64,000 nucleotides of DNA. Source: Phallusia mammillata (lineage: Eukaryota). The stretch's first letter is position 1; every line of letters starts with the position of its first letter. The translations under genes and the position numbers were made by a program. Shown here piece after piece: positions 1 to 12,705 of the stretch. The DNA lies in NCBI GenBank assembly GCA_965637545.1, contig OZ281498.1:23808001-23872000 (forward strand), read 5' to 3'. The notes beneath the pieces are model-generated. The model saw nothing but the letters and a program-made list of their open reading frames with translations. It made no database searches and had not been told where the DNA came from.

Positions 1-1585
1 GATCAAGTCTTTGCAATCGCTTCTGCATAGCAAAAAAAAGATAAAATGAAATGGACCACTGTATACTTGTGTATCCTAGGGCTTGTGGAATCTTAGTTTT
101 ATATTTAAACAGCAAATATGGAAAATAAAGCATCATTTTTAGGCTGAGTGATCTACATGAACCCTTTCAGGTCTGATCCCAGTATTGCACATTTGTTTAT
201 CTTATCTTCAAAAGAAATAGTTCGAGTGTAAGCTCTTCTGCAGAGTACAACTGTATCAATTTAAAAACCGTATCAATTGGTCACAAAACGGACATGAGTG
301 ATAACGATAGAACTTTTTTGTCACAAGTTGTATTGCGGATCACAGCAACTCTACAATACAAGTTCTTTACATATTTGTGCGTTTTAATCTTGCAAGGTTG
401 CCTGCGAACAAAAAATGTAATTTGCGAGTGTGCAGTAGGATAGCTTAAAAAGGGTTAGGAAAGGCATGCGTAGTGTTAACTGCAGAAACTAACTTACTAG
501 ACTAGAACGCAACTGTTCAACCAATAAAGTGTTCACAAACCAGAACCCCACACACAGTAGCTGCGGTATGCTTACTGCTGCTTATATTTACATATCATGA
601 TAATAACATCCTGGTAACGTGTTTTCGCAGCAGTTTGTATGTTTTTCCGGACATACTTGACAAGCTTTTAGTCGTTCCACGTAGAAAGAATTACTGGGAC
701 AAAATCCTGAAGAACCTCCTTTAGGACCCATGATGATTTGGGGAATGGCATTCTGAGAAAATATGTATGTTCACTTAACATCCTTCATGCCACAGTTTAT
801 TTGTTTTAGCAAGTTATTTTCGACATTAAGTACTTGATATTGGAAGAAACAACCGCAACAAAAAGCATAAATAGAAATTTATGCCAAATGACATCCTTGA
901 CAGTATAAGAAAGTTGACCTCTACAAGTTCATAGCATGTTTTGAAAAGTGTTGATAGAAATACTAAAGTTTATGTGCCACAACTAACCTCAAATTGGCAC
1001 TCTTCATTTTTCCAAACATCTTTGTCAGCCATGCTCTGGTTTAGAAAGAAAAACAGAATCATATTTCTACATTGACTTGAATGCTTTGCAAATGCTTTAT
1101 AAACTGCAAGGTTACACACATATGCTTGATGTACCGTAGCTAATCATTGCTCAGCAAAGTAAATCTGTTTAAGCTTGACTGTTTGGCAAACCTACTGAAA
1201 ATCTTATACAACAGCACACAGGTTACTACTTTGGGTGATGTATTTCCAGTCAAAAGATAGTTTTATAATGAACTGGGCTTTGTTTCCAAGCACAAAAAAC
1301 AGACATAAATAAAACAGTTACATGCCAAACATAACGTTCTAACATTGAATGCTTGTTGGTACCAGTCTGCAGCCTTGGTTTATTACAGATTTATGCTTAA
1401 AAACAGTAAGAGGATTAAATGTATGACATTATCCTGAGGAATCGCTTAAAAGAAAACGTCGGAACGTCGTTAAAAGTTGTTTTCCAAAATCGAGAAGATA
1501 AAACAAAACGTACCTGTACAAAAAGCACCAAAAAACACAAGAAAAGACCAAGAAAATCAACTCGAAAAAACATTGTTCGTTTCAT
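1..1585 (-). CDS. Cys-rich/mucin/TM receptor family member A0 (3'-partial, runs off the window); exons 1514-1585, 988-1035, 592-752, 1-22
   Basis: Hand-spliced in frame (phases 0,0,2): MKRTMFFRVDFLGLFLCFLVLFVQ|SMADKDVWKNEECQFE|NAIPQIIMGPKGGSSGFCPSNSFYVERLKACQVCPEKHTNCCENTLPGCYYHDI|SDCKDLI. Close paralog of the gene at 3823-6598. Confidence 0.8.
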
Positions 1586-3070
1586 TTGAAAACACGTTTC
1601 AGCTCTTTCGCAATAGAGAGCGACATGAAAAAAATGACGCAAAAGTTTGCTACATCCGGACCGGTGAAGCAAAGAGCATCGGCGAATATTAAAAATCAAA
1701 CCTCTGTGAAAGGTTAGGGATGTTAGGGTTGGGGTGAGGTTTTATAATAACAATAACATTTAAACTAACTTTAAAACTCAGTTCCTAACCTTAAATTTAG
1801 ATTAAAATCCTTTTCTAACTGGTTATTAAAACAACTGTGCTCTTTACGTCACTTATCGGTATTTACCAAACGTGAGTTATTACCTTAAGCTCTACTTCGT
1901 ACTGATAACGATTGAGGCTCTGGATCTTGCTCTGTGCTATTTCTATTTAAAACAAGATTACCTGAATCTAAATTCGCAACACACACATTTTCGGAAAGAA
2001 ACTAAAAAATTTAAACTATACAATATATGCAAGCGATTTCTTTTCTGGGCTAGCCCATTAGTGTTTGCACTGACCAACGGTCAAGGGCATGTTGAAATAA
2101 GCCAATAACCCACTGAAATATAACATAGAGTTTTATTGTCTATTAGCGATTTCCGGGGTGTAAAATCCACGACCCTGTGTGGTTTACGTAAAAATATTTA
2201 AAGCAGGTTAAATTGTCAGGCCAAAGTATTGTCACAAAAACACAACCTTTAATGATATGTGATAAATCTTTTGCCCCAAAGACGATGTTTTTTATTGCTC
2301 GAATGTTTCACAGTAACTTTTGTAATACCAAATCCAACGCTGTACTGTTTAATTAAGTTATGCAAACAGTGGTCGGTTCCTGTTGTATTTTATTATCTTA
2401 CTGCACTCATGAAATATAGGTTCTAGATAAAATTCTAGGACTATAATTAAAACTTTTACTAAAGGTTTCGAAAAAAATCTTTTAAAAATTTGCGAAAAAA
2501 ACGAATTTATATGTTGATCGAATAAACAACAGAATAAATATATTAGTGTAATACGTTACAAATTTGATCAATTAGGCGTAAATATAACAAAATAAATTCA
2601 GACAGATCTATTGACACGCAAAAAAAGAAATCTAAACAATACTGTCGGCAATGTAAGCAAATCATTTAGGGCAAAAATGTGTTTACATATCGGTTCTGTT
2701 TGTGTTAAAACCTATAAAGGGGAACTTTTTGCAAAGGGGATAGATCATCTGTTAAACAACCAGTTTTACACAAGTAGATGTGCAGTACTAAGCATTCATA
2801 AAACGTTAACAACCGTAAATAGTGTCCTAAATTTCATTTTCATAGATCATATATCTGTGTACGATGGCTTTCAAGTACGATATAGGTAAAGAACATCAGC
2901 AATAAACGATACTGTGTACCTCAAAAACACTTGATTTAGGAAATAGTAAAAACCAACTTGTACGCAGTGTTGTGCAATTCAGGTGCAAATTCCTTAAGAT
3001 TCGATAGCTCGAACAGGTGATAAGAAGTTGAAACACAGTATACTAGAGCACCAGCACATTTGTCAAACAC
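340..3070. repeat. Segmental duplication unit (A0 5' half plus upstream block), paralogous to about 5360-7690; its part 2230-3070 recurs at about 11095-11930
   Basis: Long, directly visible alignments of introns and intergenic DNA. The copy at about 7390 lacks roughly 180 bp (2611-2790 equivalent). Confidence 0.85.
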
Positions 3071-3822
3071 TTACCACAAAATGCATTATTATCTACACAC
3101 TAGTGCAACATCCAGTAACCTTAAAACGATTTTGTGTACGTGGATTGCAACTACACAACACACAACACTGTGCAATGGAAAAAACCACTTGATCTCCTGG
3201 CGGTAAGGGGTAAAGCAGTGTAGATGCAATAAAATAGTGTATACGAGGCATGTTACACACACAACTTTGTTCATCAACAACAAGTGAACCGTGCTTCGAT
3301 TAGGTAGTACAGCACAGAAGTAGTACAATTTGGAATTTGGAACAACACAGTCGCAATGTAAAGTGTCCTGAACTGGAATTTAAAAAACGGAAATTGTTTG
3401 AAATACACTAAAGCGGCTGATTCTCAACGCGTCTCCCAAAGGCGTGGGCAACAATAAAAACAAACAAACAAATGGACAATTGCAAAAGCCTTATATGCCT
3501 TTATCCGTACCACATAAGCAATTTGGTCAATTACAATATTCTGACTACTTGTAACATAAAATCTTAAGTAACTCACTGGTGTCAGTGTCTCAACTTAACC
3601 GAGATTTTTTTCAATCTATGAGGGCGTTTTAAAATCCGCAAGCTGTTTAAAGAAAAGTACAGCAAAGTTTAAGACACTACAAGTTAAATGTTTGATTTTT
3701 CAACATACATGATGAGATGGTAAAGCAAAATTAGTTTACTGCCAACAAAAGGGGGGATACTAGCCTTATAATTCGAAGTCAGTGTGCACTGTCCAGTCAG
3801 TGTGCACTGTCCATACTATAAC

Positions 3823-6598
3823 TTACATATAGTTTTGATAATTTGGAACCTCTATGTAAATTGGATTAACCACAGGATTTTGCTTTTTTTGCCAGGTTTT
3901 GCAACAGCGTTTTCTAATCCAGTAGTAAACCATAGCAACTAAAACCACAAGGACAGTGCCAGAAATGCAAATTATTAACACTAGTTTTCGAGTTTCATTT
4001 CCTCCACTCGAATCCGCATGTGAGGTTTTCGGTTTTGCTGTAGTTGTATTTGGAGCAACAGGTGATGTGCTTGTGTTCGGCTGCTGTAGCAATGAGATTT
4101 TAGTTATTTGGTGGAAGACGTTACTTGGCAATAAGAAATAAGTGATTTTAAAAAACGTATGAGTTCTCAAACGACCCTACAATTTTTTATTGCAACCTTA
4201 TTCAAGTACGATGTGATAACCTCAACGAGCCAACAATTTCGTATAACAGTGGTTTGTGGCTTCTGATTTGAATAGGAATCAGACAGCAGATTTGTCCGTG
4301 TAGAATCGTTTTTAAGATTACTGGGCATGAAAATAGCAATGGGAACGTATCCAAAAGTTATTGAATAAAAAATCGCAAATCAAAAAACGTTTTCCAGGGG
4401 TTGCCGACACCTGTACTACTTCTACGTTTGTTAGAATTCGTTTTTACTTGTCACGAAATCAAAGTTCAAAAATCAATTATAACCTGAGGTCATGGCTAGT
4501 ATCTAAACGTGCAGACTTCGTAGCATGAGCTAAACTGTTACTGAAAGATTTGTGATTTCAATTGTCCAAGTACAAACAGCATTAAAACGATATTTGTGTT
4601 TTTGTTTTAACTAAACTTACAGTCGATGATGTCGTCTGCGTTTCACTTGTTGTAGAACTGACAGTGGTATCTACTGTTGGGGTTGGGGTTGGTGTTGTCG
4701 AGTCTGTGATCGAAGGTGTAACGGTCGTGCTTGGTGTACCGTAGGAAGTGGTTGTGGTAAAGACAGAAGACGCGATCAGGTGTTTGCAGTGACTTCTGTA
4801 CAGCAAAAAATAAAATAAAATAGGCGACTGTATACTTCCAGAAGGCGTGTGGCATCTTAGATTTACATTTAAACAGCAAATATAAAAATTAAAGCGTTGT
4901 TATAAGCTGTCATAGTACGCCAGGCCCATTGAAGGCGTTACAGTAAATCAATAGGCCTAGCGTACGATGGCATAGTAATCAGCTTTCATAGGTCATTCCA
5001 GTATTGAATGTTTGTTGATCTTATGTTTGAATAGAGATAGATTGAGTGCGTGTCGTCTTTTCTGTGGAGTACGACCGTATCAAATCAGTGTTCTGGGAAT
5101 TGGTGACAAAAAATGATTTGAGTGAGTTCCAGTGTTTTTTTAAAGGTGTTTTGGAGGACCGAAACGGTCCCCAAAATTTCTCCAGCGGTTTCCCAAAATT
5201 TGGACTTGCAACTACATGGCTATTTTTTGGTATTTAAATGAAACACTTGCGGTCTCTTAAAACTACTTAGCGGTCACCCAAACCAAACCTTAAAAAAACG
5301 TGTATAGTGACAACATTCGAAGCTCAATTTGATCTTGATTTTTATCCCAAGCAGTAGAACGCATCACAACAACACTACACAATATTTCGTGCGTTTTAAT
5401 CATGCAAGGTTTGCCTGCGAACAATCATATAACTAGGTAGTGTGCTGTAACTTAAAAAGGTTAGGAAAGGCATGCATAGTGTCAACCGTCGATAACTACC
5501 AAACTAGAACGCGACTGTTCAACCAATAAAGTGTTCACTAACCAGAACCCACACAGTAGCTTGGGTCACTGACTGCTGCATATACTTACATATCATGACG
5601 GTGGCATCTTGGCAGCGTGTTTTCGCAGCAGTTCGTATGTTTTCTCGGACATACTTGACAAGCTTTTAGTCGTTCCACGTAGAAAGAATTACTGGGACAA
5701 AATCCTGAAAAACCTCCCTCAGGGCCCATGATGATTTTGGGTAAGGCATTCTGAGAAAATATGTTTGGTCACTAAACATTCTGGATGCAACAGAGTATTT
5801 GTTTTTTAAGGTTATTTTCAACATTAGGTACCTTATGTTGGAAGCAACAACCGCAACAAAAATGCATAAAATTTATGTTACATGCAGCCTTAACACTTTT
5901 TGAAAGATGCTTTTTACAAGTTCATAGCATGCTTTAAAGAGTTCTCATGGAAAAATAGTTTATGTACCACAACTTACTTTAAATCTGCATTCTCCCTTTT
6001 TCCAAACATCATTGTCCGCTACAACCTTGTTAAGGAAGAAAAAAAAAAAAAACAGAATCATAATATTACTTTAACTTGGCTTAATAAGTTTCATGAATTG
6101 TCAGGCTACACAACTGTGCTTGATACAGGCATAGGTAATCATTGGTCAGCAAAGTAAAATTATTTAAGCTTGAATGTTTGGCAAACCTACTGTAAATCTT
6201 GTACAACAGCACACAGGTAACTATTTTTAGGCTGATGTGTTTCCAAACAAAATATGGTTTTATAATTATATAAGCTTAGTTGCAAAAATAAGAAAAAAAC
6301 ACAGAACAAATTAAAGTTATAGATTCCAGACACAACATAATAACATTGAACGATTGTTGGTACCAGTATGCAGCTCTACGAGAGGTTTATTACGAGTTTA
6401 TGCTTAACAACATCAAGAGGGTACAAAGTATGTAATTGTCCCGAGGACACGTTTCAACTAAGACGTCGAAACGTCGTTTAAAAATGTTTTTCAAAATCAA
6501 GACAATAAAACTAAACGTACCTGTCCAAGAAGCACCAAAAAACACAAGAAAAAACCCAGAAAATCGGCTTGAAAAATCATTTTGAATTTTTTAATCAT
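3823..6598 (-). CDS. Receptor family member A (complete); exons 6521-6598, 5978-6025, 5590-5750, 4621-4795, 3823-4083
   Basis: All GT-AG and in frame: signal MIKKFKMIFQADFLGFFLCFLVLLGQ; VVADNDVWKKGECRFK; Cys exon ...FCPSNSFYVERLKACQVCPRKHTNCCENTLPRCHRHDI; S/T-rich stalk; TM LVLIICISGTVLVVLVAMVYYW; tail RKRCCKTWQKKQNPVVNPIYIEVPNYQNYM. Confidence 0.85.
5130..5303. repeat. Dispersed ~170-bp repeat, with an inverted copy at about 29565-29740
   Basis: Reverse-complement match, e.g. ttagcggtcacccaaaccaaacctt vs aaggtttggtttgggtgaccgctaa. Confidence 0.8.
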
Positions 6599-7009
6599 TT
6601 TAGAACCTGTTTCTTTAAAGCGTGATGCAACCACATGACATGGTAAAAATGAAAAAATGACACTATGAGGCGCTATACCCAACATTGTTGTGAAAACAGA
6701 AACAATATTACTTTAATCTAAATTTGCAACACATTTTTGCGAAGAAGCTAAAAAATTTTCAACCAAAAAATATATGCAAGCGTTTTTTTTTCTGGGTTAG
6801 CTCATTAGGGTTTACAGTGATCAACGGTCGACGGCATGTTTAAGTAGGCCAGACCCGTAGAGTACTGAAATACAAAAGAGTTTCATTGTTTATTATAATA
6901 AGCGACTTTTTTTCGCTTTAGCGACTTTTTTCCGGTGCGTAAAATCCACTACCCCGTGTAGTTTACTTAAAAGATTGAAATCAGGCAAAATTTCCAGGCC
7001 AAAGTATTG

Positions 7010-8260
7010 TCACAAAAACACAACCTTTAATGATATGTGATAAATCTTTTGCCCCAAAGACGACGCTTTTTATTGCTCGAATGTTTCACAGTAATTTTTG
7101 TGATACCAAATCCAACGTCGTACTGTTTAATTAAGTAATGGAAACAGTGGTTGGAAACCTGCATGTTGTATTTTATTATCTTACTGCACTCATAAATATC
7201 GGTTCTAAATAAAATTCTGGGATCGTGATTAAAACTTTTACTAGGTTTCACAACAAATCTTTAAAAAAAATTGCGAAAAAAACGAATTTATATGTTGATC
7301 GAATAAACAACAGAATAAATATTTTAGTGTAATACGTTACAAATTTGATCAATTAGACGTAAATATCACAAAATAAATTCAGAAAGATCTAGCATTCATA
7401 AAACGTTAACAACCGTAAATAGTGTCCTAAATTTCATTCTCATTGATTATATATCTGTGTACGTTGTTTTTCAAGTACAATATAGGTAAAGAAAGTCAGC
7501 AACAAACTAAACTGTGTATACATTAAAAACACTTGATTTACGAGATAGTAAAAACCAACGTGTACGCAGTGTTGTGCAATTCAAATTCTGCAAATTCCTT
7601 AAGATTCGATAGCTCGAACTAGTGATAAGAAGTTGAAACACAGTATATTAGCACCAGTACAATTGTCAAAAACACTTACCAAAAAATGAAAACAGCTCGA
7701 AGGCAGAATGAAACATGTTTGCTGGAAAAAATGTTAGCAAACACAGCTTTACACTTTTTAAACAAAGTTTAGAATGACTTTTAATCGTACTAACTTTTAT
7801 AACGACATTCCTAACTATATTTGAACGACCAATTAGCTTTTTGTTTAGAAAAATAAAACGTTTTTGTTACAGCACAAGACACATTACTTAACAATTTGCT
7901 CAAAGACGAAATTTGCTCCAACGTGAAAAAGTGTCAAAACAATTTAGGAATAAGTGCTTTTCCGCGTTGAACAGGTCACGATACCCTAACTTGTCTAGTG
8001 AAGTCGGTATTGCAAAAGACAGTTCGTCATAAACTTTTACAAGACCAGACAAACACTTTAAAACGCAAAAAAAGGAATTATTGGTGGCGTCGATGGATTT
8101 TAAACACTCCGAGATGGTGCTGGATAGTTTTTAGCGTTGACAACACATGTGTACTTGCAAGTTTTAAAACAATTTGGTAATGCAACTGCTCAACCATATC
8201 GCAAGTTGTTTGGCCTTTTGGGGTGTACAGCACATTACAATTAAAATTAGTAGAATTATT
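7010..8260. repeat. Duplicated block (B 3' flank plus last exon), paralogous to about 11095-12510
   Basis: Near-identical runs, e.g. gctcaaagacgaaatttgctccaacgtgaaaaa at about 7897 and 12147. Confidence 0.85.
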
Positions 8261-9968
8261 GCTATGCCTAAAGGAATTTTTAAATTTCCATCCATGATTT
8301 CGTGCAGCATTGGCGGTGGTGAAACCATTACAGGTCGGGTTTCGTTAGATGTTGAGTCATTACTGGGATTTTCTGTCTTTCGCACATTCTGCAACAAAGC
8401 AAGTATTTGCCCCATTGATCAAACAGACAAAAATATGTAGCATAAGGTATGCCTGTTTTAGCTGTACAAAATTTTGTGATAAAGAGCTTCAAAAGTTAAA
8501 ATCACATTAATTACCATGTACTAATAACAATCACTGCAATTTTGTTGGTGTTTGACAAAAGACTTACAACTGTAGACGTCGTCGGCGTTTCACTTGTTTT
8601 AGTATTGATGGTTGGATCTACAATAGGGGTTTCAACTTTTGGTTGTTGTGCTGTAGATTCCGTGGTTGTTGTGCTTTTTGTGGGTTTTACTTCAGGTTCG
8701 GTTGTCGATATGTCACCATCCGTTGGTGGTGGATATTTTTCCGCACATAAGCTTTTACTACAAAGCAAATGTTTGTTGCGAATTTTGGTCAAGAACAAAA
8801 GTACTTATGAAGAAACATTTAGCCGTTAATTTTGGGCTAATTCATGTTTCATACCAGTTTCTGTTTTACGCCTACAAGCAGTTTTAAACTTTTTTTTTAG
8901 TAAGTAGTAAAAAGTAACTTAGTAAATCAATTGATTTAGCGTTAAGAGTGTATTCTGATCGGACTGCAAGTAGGTAGAAAAATATCGGTGAAAAAGCAGT
9001 TATGTAGTCATCATGTCCGCGAATGTTTTGACGTTTACCGAACGTAAGAACGTCAATACGTCAGGAACAGAATACAAGTATACAGGAATAGAATACGGAA
9101 ACCCTGCTAAATTGGCTCGGAGCTGCGTTTAGTTGTAATTAGACAACATATTATTGATAAAACATATGGGTAATGAACAACAGCTACCTACTTGGCTATG
9201 AAGCATGTAAGCAATCCATTTCTGCAGCAATTGGAATGTATGTTGGGACATGATTTGCAATCAGGATCGACATACATTTCATGTGGGGCACATAAATCGG
9301 TAGTGGTATATATTGCTCCGTTTTTGTCTATTCTTTTTATTGTTGTAATATCCTAAAAAATGAGCATTCTTACTCCTGATATGTATGTTTTGTAAAAGCG
9401 ACCAGATTTTATCTTGTGTGGTGTCAAGATTTACAATTTTATTTTTCCAAAATAAACAAAATACTTTAATAGCCCAAGCAAAAACTTTAATGACAAAAAT
9501 ACAACTTTTAGAAAAACAATTTGTTTCCTAATTAGCCTAAACATTGACAAATTGGAAAAAATGCAAGTAGATAGGTAAAAATTTTGTCTAAGTCACTGTA
9601 AGCATGAATGGTCCAGTTTTTGTCAAATATATAGATGTGAATACTAAACTTACTTGAAATGTACACGTTCCATTTTCCCACTTTACTGCATTCGCCTATA
9701 AACAGTTATCAAATAAGCAATTAAAGACAAGTTTCACAGACACTTATAAGCTTGCACAAACTTTTCAAAAAGAAATTGTACCATTGTGGCAAAAAATGCC
9801 TTTACCATTTTCCACTTTTTATTAGTAGTCTAAAGATATAGGGCTTATAACTTGTGAGAAAAAAATTACACCAAGAACACTCGTAAAAAAATTACTTACC
9901 TTATCCACAGGTTCAGCCATCAACCCCAAAGTAATAACTAATATCCAGAATATTATGAGCCTTTTCAT
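8164..9968 (-). CDS. Receptor family member B (complete, short tail); exons 9900-9968, 9654-9695, 9192-9352, 8568-8757, 8164-8388
   Basis: MKRLIIFWILVITLGLMAEPVDK|ANAVKWENGTCTFQ|DITTIKRIDKNGAIYTTTDLCAPHEMYVDPDCKSCPNIHSNCCRNGLLTCFIAN|KSLCAEKYPPP, then T-rich stalk|...TM IPLGIAIILLILIVMCC, then TPQKAKQLAIWLSSCITKLF*. Exon lengths are consistent with phases 0,0,2,0. Confidence 0.85.
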
Positions 9969-10695
9969 ATTTGATCTATAATTAGCTCGCTATTGTTTTT
10001 AAATTAGCCTGTATGTTCGTTTGCTAACTCTTATTAACTGTGTTGTTCGACGTTTTAATTTTTTGCAGCTTCAAGTTAGGTACCTGGCAGTACGTTTTGT
10101 CTGTAGACTGTAGCTTAGCTGATGTAATACCCAGAAAGTTCTCCATGCCCGGGGAAACCACCGGACGGGACAGTAGCGGGGTATGCGTTACGGGTTACAG
10201 CACTGTGCCGGTATTTCTATCAACGTACCAAGATAGGCGTTCGGAAAAAAGCTTTGGTTTGTGGGAACTTTATGCAGCGTTCTAAAATTGTTTTTTGCAT
10301 GGTTTTAAAAACGTTAAGAATTTTGACATGCCTTCACTACTCCGATAGTATCTTGTATGCGTAAAATAATCTCCTACAACACTACAAAAGCAATGTTTAA
10401 TTACCAAGAGGGTTGCTTACAGGCATAGGCTAATAGAAAGAAAATATGGCTTGTCTGCAAAACTACTTAGTGATCCGACGTTTCAACGTAAGGTCATCTG
10501 GCGATTTATGTGTCATTTTGCCGTGACGTCCGCTTTATTATGGCGTCAAAGGCATACCTACATAGAGTATGAAATACAAAAATAATGAAACCGCATCAAG
10601 TTTGTACAATTTCTACCGAGTATTTTCGTTTAATTCAATTGCTTCAAACTACTCGTCATTAGGTGATGTAATATCGATTTTTGAAAATATTAGGT
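8780..10695. repeat. B 5' half and promoter duplicated at about 17830-19905 (D)
   Basis: Exons 1-3, introns and upstream region align (e.g. gggaaaccaccggacgggacagta; actactcgtcattaggtgat). Homology ends at about 10695/19905. Confidence 0.85.
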
Positions 10696-11095
10696 ACCGT
10701 ACTTACTTTATTGAGAGCCACGGCTTATATTGTTTTTTAGCTGCCGTTTGTGCGGCTTATAAACGAGGGCGGCTTACAATCGAGGGCGGCTTTCATTTTA
10801 ATATTATACCGAAATCATTGCTACACTCCAACGTTATAAATTATTTGGGCTTCAAAACATGTATGCATGTACAGATTATACGTCGATATACGTTCCGTTG
10901 GGTACAGTTATCAACATAACCAACAGATATAAGCAAATAGCCATGCTATGTAACAACAGAAAGATGTATTAAGAAACAATAGTATCAAATATTCAAGCGT
11001 GCGGCTTACAATCGAGGGCGGCTTACATTATTTTGTTAACACCTCAACATGCGGCTTACAATCGAGGGCTTACAAAATACCTTCTTTAGTTATTG
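10695..11095. mobile_element. Truncated pogo/Tigger-like non-autonomous element
   Basis: Starts with TACCGTA and contains repeated gcggcttacaatcgaggg motifs (about 10770, 11001, 11051), as seen in pogo/Tigger-type MITE subtermini. No second TIR was found. Confidence 0.45.
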
Positions 11096-12312
11096 ACATG
11101 TGATAAATCTTTTGCCCAGAAACGATGTTTTTTATCGGTCCAATGTTTCACAGTAATGTTTGTGATACCAAATCCAACGTTGTTCAATTGTTTAATTATG
11201 TGATGCGAATAGTCGTTGGAATCATCTCGTATTTTATTACCTTGCTGCACTCACGAAACATCATTTCTAAATGAAATTCTGGGATCATAATTAAAACTTT
11301 TAATAAAACTTTCAAAACAAATCTTCGACAAAAAAGTTTGCGAAAAAGAAGTGTAGATCAAATAAAGAACAAAATAAATATTTTACTGTAATACGTTACA
11401 AATTTGATCAATCAGACGTAAATATAACAAAATAAATTCAGACAGATCTATTGACACGCAAAAAAGAAAACAATACTGTCGGCAATGTAAGCAAATCATT
11501 TAGGGCAAAAATGTGTTTACATATCGGTTCTATTTGTGTTAAAACCTATAAAGGGGAACTTTTTGCAAAGGGGATAGATCATCGGTTAAACAACCAGTTT
11601 TACACAAGTAGATGTGCAGTACTAAGCATTCATAAAACGTTAACAACCGTAAATAGTGTCCTAAATTTCATTTTCATTGATCATATATCTGTGTACGTTG
11701 TTTTTCAAGTACGATATAGGTAAAGAACATCAGCAATAAACGATACTGTGTACCTTAAAAACACTTGATTTACGAGATAGTAAAAACTAACGTGTACGTA
11801 GTGTTGTGCAATTCAGGTATGTCACGGCAATTCGAGTGCAAATTCCTTAAGATTCGATAGCTCGAACAGAAGTTAAAACACAGTATATCAGACTACTAGA
11901 GCACCAGTACAATTGTCAAAAACACATGAAAACAGCTCGCAGGCAGAATGAAACATGTTTGCTCATGTTTGTAAGTGTTAGCAAACACAGCTTTACACTT
12001 TTTAAACTTTACACACTTTAAGAGTTTTAAACTACTTGTAATCGTACTGACTTATATGGTTTTCCTGACATAATTTGAACGATCAATCAGCCTTTTTTAG
12101 AAAAAAAACGTATTAATTATAGCACAAGACATTTTTCTTAATGATTTGCTCAAAGACGAAATTTGCTCCAACGTGAAAAAGTTTTAAAACAATTTAGGGA
12201 TAACTGAAGTGCTTTTCCACGTTAAACAGGTCACAATACCCTAACTTGTCTAGTGAATTCGGTATTGCAGAAGACAGTTCGCCATAAACTTTTACAAGCC
12301 ACAGCAAACACT

Positions 12313-12560
12313 TTAAAAAGGTAAAACAGGAATTATTAAGGCATCGATGGATTTTAAATTCTCTGATACGGTACTGGATATATTTGAGCGTTGACAACAC
12401 ATGCGTACTTGCACTTTTTGAAACAATTTGGTAATGCAACTGCTCAACCATATCGCAAGTTGTTTGGCCTTTTGTGGTGTACAGTACATTACAATCAAAA
12501 TTAGTAGGACAATTATTACCATGTTGAATAGAATTTTTAACGTCCATCTATAGCGTCGAC
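12313..12560 (-). pseudogene. Orphan, frameshifted B-type TM/tail exon immediately downstream of member C
   Basis: Aligns with the B last exon (IILLILIVMCCTPQKAKQLAIWLSSCITKLF vs IIVLLILIVMYCTPQKAKQLAIWLSSCITKLFQKVQ...). It has a 1-nt deletion just before the TM and no recognisable B-type stalk start. Confidence 0.7.
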
Positions 12561-12705
12561 GGTGGTATTTATATGCGCTACTACTAGCAAAACCAGTAAT
12601 GATTTATAATCTGCGTTCGTAATTAAAAAAAAAAAAAACTTTAAAAATCGCCTTTTTTCGTATTTTGCACAAAACGAGACTGAATGTTAAAGGTTAAACT
12701 ATAGT

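Noticed and set aside
1477-1692. Plus-strand ORFs opposite the family exons (also 3956-4141, 8174-8440, 8542-8829, 16942-17247, 17582-17779)
   Set aside because: Antisense shadows of the minus-strand coding exons.
2611-2889. 92-aa ORF repeated at 11451-11723
   Set aside because: Non-ATG start, no recognisable motif, deleted in the third copy. Recent duplication of non-coding DNA explains the match.
3089-3328. 79-aa Cys/hydrophobic ORF
   Set aside because: No family motif, splice context or homology that I can recognise.
3777-3812. 18-bp direct duplication after the A stop; similar ones at about 59890-59930 and 61320-61365
   Set aside because: Two-copy slippage duplications, not arrays and not CRISPR-like.
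5625-5660. Apparent frameshift in the Cys exon of member A
   Set aside because: Recounting gives 161 nt, identical to A0; the frame is intact.
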